54,631 nucleotides of DNA from contig NC_068986.1 of the NCBI RefSeq assembly GCF_001194135.2, positions 60,454,836 to 60,509,466 on the forward strand, given 5' to 3'. Below the pieces are notes generated by a model. It saw only the letters and a list, made by a program, of their open reading frames with translations. It did no database searches and was not told where the DNA came from. This document shows, piece by piece, positions 51,401 to 54,631 of this stretch. The first letter of the stretch is position 1, and each line of letters opens with the position of its first letter. The stretch is from Octopus bimaculoides. Its lineage: Eukaryota. The translations under genes were made by a program, and so were the position numbers.

Positions 51401-53330
51401 AATATCTCTATGTTCCAAAGAGGTGGGTATATTGCTTGACAATGCTGCAAATAGTTTCCTAAACAGATGAAACATATTTTGGATCTCTTGAAAGCGAGTT
51501 ATCAGATTTCCAATATGTGCTTTTATGGTCATCTTTCTCGAGAAATTTTATTTTGATGTCGACAAGAGAACGAACTGATTTGTACCCAACATTTATAGAT
51601 GACTGGTAAATAAATGAATATAAATTCTGCGACACCAGAAAGAAATCTAGCCTTGCTTGTCTAATAGGATTTGGATGTCTCCATGTATAGCCCTGTATTT
51701 CTGGGTTATGATCTCTCCAACATCTACAAGGTCGAGGTCCCCTATCATATCAATCACTTGCTTTCTAGCATTAAGGTTGTTTATATATTGATAGTTAAAA
51801 GTATCTAAAGACTGCTGTAGACAAAGATTAAAATCCCCAGCTATAATACAATGTGAGTTTCCAAAGACTTTGATTTTATCCATCACCACAGCATAAAACA
51901 CTGGTTCATCTGCATTTGAGCCATAGAAGTTGACTAAAGTTATTTTTTTCTCACAAATAGTAATATTCAATATCAGAAGATTGCCCTTGCCATCCCTGAA
52001 ACTGTCACGTACCTTATAACCAATATCATTAGAAAACAAAATGGCAACTCCCCTTGACTGCCCATTATAACTATTAAATAGCACTTCAGAACCCCATTCA
52101 TTTCTCATAAAAAGTTCTTTTTCTTTCATAAAAATGGGCATCTTGCAATAAATAGATTTTATATTCTTTGGCTCTCAAAAAATGCAAAACAACATTTCTT
52201 TTTGCATAATCATTAAGGCCCCTACAGTTGACTGAACATATAGGTATATTCAAGTCATCCATTTAGGATATATAACAGTTTTTTAAAATCTCAACAGAAA
52301 TTCAGAGTTCCAAACAAATATTTTAACACAAATAAACCTCTTCACTTCCTCAAAATCCCAAAAGCACAGCAATTATACCCAGTGAAGAAGAAGAAAAAAA
52401 CAAAGTAGGTTTCCCACCTTTTTTCAGCAAGAAAAAATACAAATGGAAATCCAAGTTGATATCCGTGGCACATATTTTTATTTGTTTATTTCCTCAATTC
52501 CAACAGTTTTCCATGGGTGATCTATGCTTCTTTGGAATTGTAGAGATAGTGTGATGCCTTTCTCGAAAATGCTTGTCTGGACAGGGTAGGTATTTCTGAG
52601 GTAACAGTCTTGATGTACCAGTTTGGCTCTAAATTGTTTCAGAACTTGTGGGAGGTTGTTGTGAATTCCAACTTTCCTCTCTGATAGAACTTTGAAGGAT
52701 TTATGAGTAGTAAAAAAGACCAGTAAAAAATTTCAATCACTTACACTGACAAACTTGACTATGATTGGATCTGGCTTATCCAGCTCTGTTTTTCTTTGAG
52801 GTAGACAGTGCATGTTTGCAAGCAACATCTCTTTGGCTTTGTTCTCATCAATTTTAAGAGCAAAAATAAACAGTTCAAGATGGCTTGGAGATTCATTATT
52901 GCCAATATGTTTCATTCCACAGATGAGGATGTTTGATCTGTGAGAGTAAAGTTCAAACTCCATGAATTTATCATCAAACTTACTTTGTGTTTCCGCTATG
53001 TTGTTAAAATCAATGGCTTGTTCCATTTCGATTGAATGTTCAGTTGTTCCAAATCAGCTTTTACAGAGGCAAATGAGTTGAGGATTTCCACTGTTTGTGA
53101 TTGAATGAATTCTTTGATATAATTCGAGATCAACATGGTGTCTGCCGACTTCGAATCACTGATTGTGTCTCCTGGTAAATCTGTGTCCATCACACTATTA
53201 GGTCCGATTTTATACTGGGAACCACTGATTTGGATTGGGATTTTTGTTCCCTTGAGCTCATCTTTTCGTCAGAAGTAGATTATTTAATTCGGCACCCAGA
53301 GCTGTACGTTCAACGTCTCATCACCTAGAC
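48431..53330 (-). mobile_element. Near-full-length degenerate L1/Tx1-group LINE (ORF1 + ORF2), sense to IAH1 and in its last intron
   Basis: ORF1 RSNILICG..PDPIIVKF (~52620-53193); ORF2 endonuclease SVNCRGL, IAGDFNLCL; RT KSPGSNGFTYEFYK, NWRPSSLLN, IDFKKAF, QYADDT; C-terminal part to 48512. Confidence 0.92.
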
Positions 53331-53339
53331 ACCATAACT

Positions 53340-53520
53340 GGAAGTGTTAATGCACTTACTGATCAGTAAAAATCCTCAAAAAATGTTCTTAATAAACTGT
53401 TTGCCACTCAAATCAGCTCTAACTGTCACAGTCATGCTCAGATCATCAATGATTTACTAAGAAGTATAGTGGTTCCAACAGAAAATTTTTTCCTACTCTT
53501 GTCTGATGCTGCTCGATATA
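53340..53520 (+). mobile_element. hAT-like transposase remnant, continuation after the LINE
   Basis: MHLLISKNPQKMFLINCLPL..QIINDLLRSIVVPTENFFLLLSDAARYM (LLSDAA.YM motif). Confidence 0.65.
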
Positions 53521-54556
53521 TGTATATGAATAGAGATATACATTTTTGCAAGTGCATATACATGTGAATATAAGCATAGGTTTATACTCGTTATTTTTTT
53601 TATTTTCAATTTTACATTTTGCATAGACGTCTTATTACATATGTAACACCCTTCCTTCCAACTCTCTCAATTTTGAAAATACCCAACAGTTGTCTACTTT
53701 CGCCTCCCCTCCCCTACCACCTGTCATGTATGTTAATTACTCCTCCTTCCTCGACAATGTTGCCAAATTAAATATATTACATGTAACTAATTGGAACTAA
53801 TGTCATAGCTGAAAGCACTTCAATACACTGCCCTGCATATGTTATCAGTGTTTTGTGTGTGTGTGTGTATGTATACAAATACTTACACATATTTGTGAAT
53901 ATAAAAATATACATTATTTCTTAAGTATTATATTTCATTTTGCAGATTGTCTGTATGCTCATACAGCTCTTTATGTATATATAGCTATGAATGCATTTAT
54001 GATTTTTTTTATTATATTCTACCATTCCTTTTGCAAATGTATATATGGTTGTGGATGAGTTTATATACATATGTCCATGTTAAATAATATTCCCACAACA
54101 TTTTGTTTCAAGAATGCAAAGTTAATATTTTAAGATATTGTATATAAGGGAGGTATGTGAATGTTTGTGTGTGTGTGTGATGGAAGTGGGATGGTGAATA
54201 TTCAACACTGACAAAAAAATCAAACAGCTTTTCAGCTCTATGTGAGTATGTGTGTGCATGTACAAGGGAAGTATGTGAATGTTTGTATGTGTGAATCAGC
54301 GTTCTTTCAGTAAAAAACAATGGTTGATGTCACATCTCAAAAAAAAATTAGTGTACTAATTTGGTTTACCATCCATATTTATATATAAAATACTACAATT
54401 AGCCATCATTTTTGAGAGCATGGGGCCAGCTAGTAATAAAATAAATGGTTTTCCCTTGTATTGTACTATATAGTCTATGTTTTGCGGAATGATATATTAA
54501 GGAGCTCTTTTATGAGTACCACTGGGTTAGTTGAATCCATATATTGTGATTAAATT

Positions 54557-54562
<6 letters not shown>

Positions 54563-54629
<67 letters not shown>

Positions 54630-54631
54630 GT
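54563..54631. repeat. (TA)n followed by (CAT)n, probably the 3' tail of another minus-strand RTE starting at the window edge
   Basis: Same TA-then-CAT junction as at 421. Confidence 0.75.

Overview
This is AT-rich eukaryotic genomic DNA with several N gaps. It is most likely an octopus, inferred by eye from the tRNA-derived SINEs, RTE 3' tails and microsatellite load; no search was run. Two host genes are recognisable, both on the minus strand and missed by the ORF track because the exons are short. Translin (TSN) has coding exon 1 at 14935-15012 and exon 2 at 4118-4211, separated by a 10.7-kb intron. The last coding exon of an IAH1-like SGNH esterase lies at 46269-46445. Most of the rest is nested, decayed transposable elements: RTE, CR1-like and L1/Tx1-like LINEs, at least four Penelope-like elements (PLEs), two Tc1/mariner elements, a Helitron, pogo-like and hAT-like remnants, MITEs and SINEs. 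Four observations stand out. (1) A head-to-head pair of tRNA-headed SINEs, one with a minimal hammerhead-ribozyme core in its body, suggesting PLE-driven mobilisation. (2) A 3.9-kb RTE insertion with an inverted 5' segment and a 9-bp target-site duplication (TSD) inside a DD36D mariner. (3) A PLE with ~1.4-kb inverted arms, split by a canonical Helitron. (4) An unexplained 120-codon ORF ~0.5 kb upstream of TSN. Family assignments come from motif recognition, and TE boundaries are approximate unless TIR/TSD coordinates are given. No CRISPR arrays, rRNA or bona fide tRNA genes were seen.
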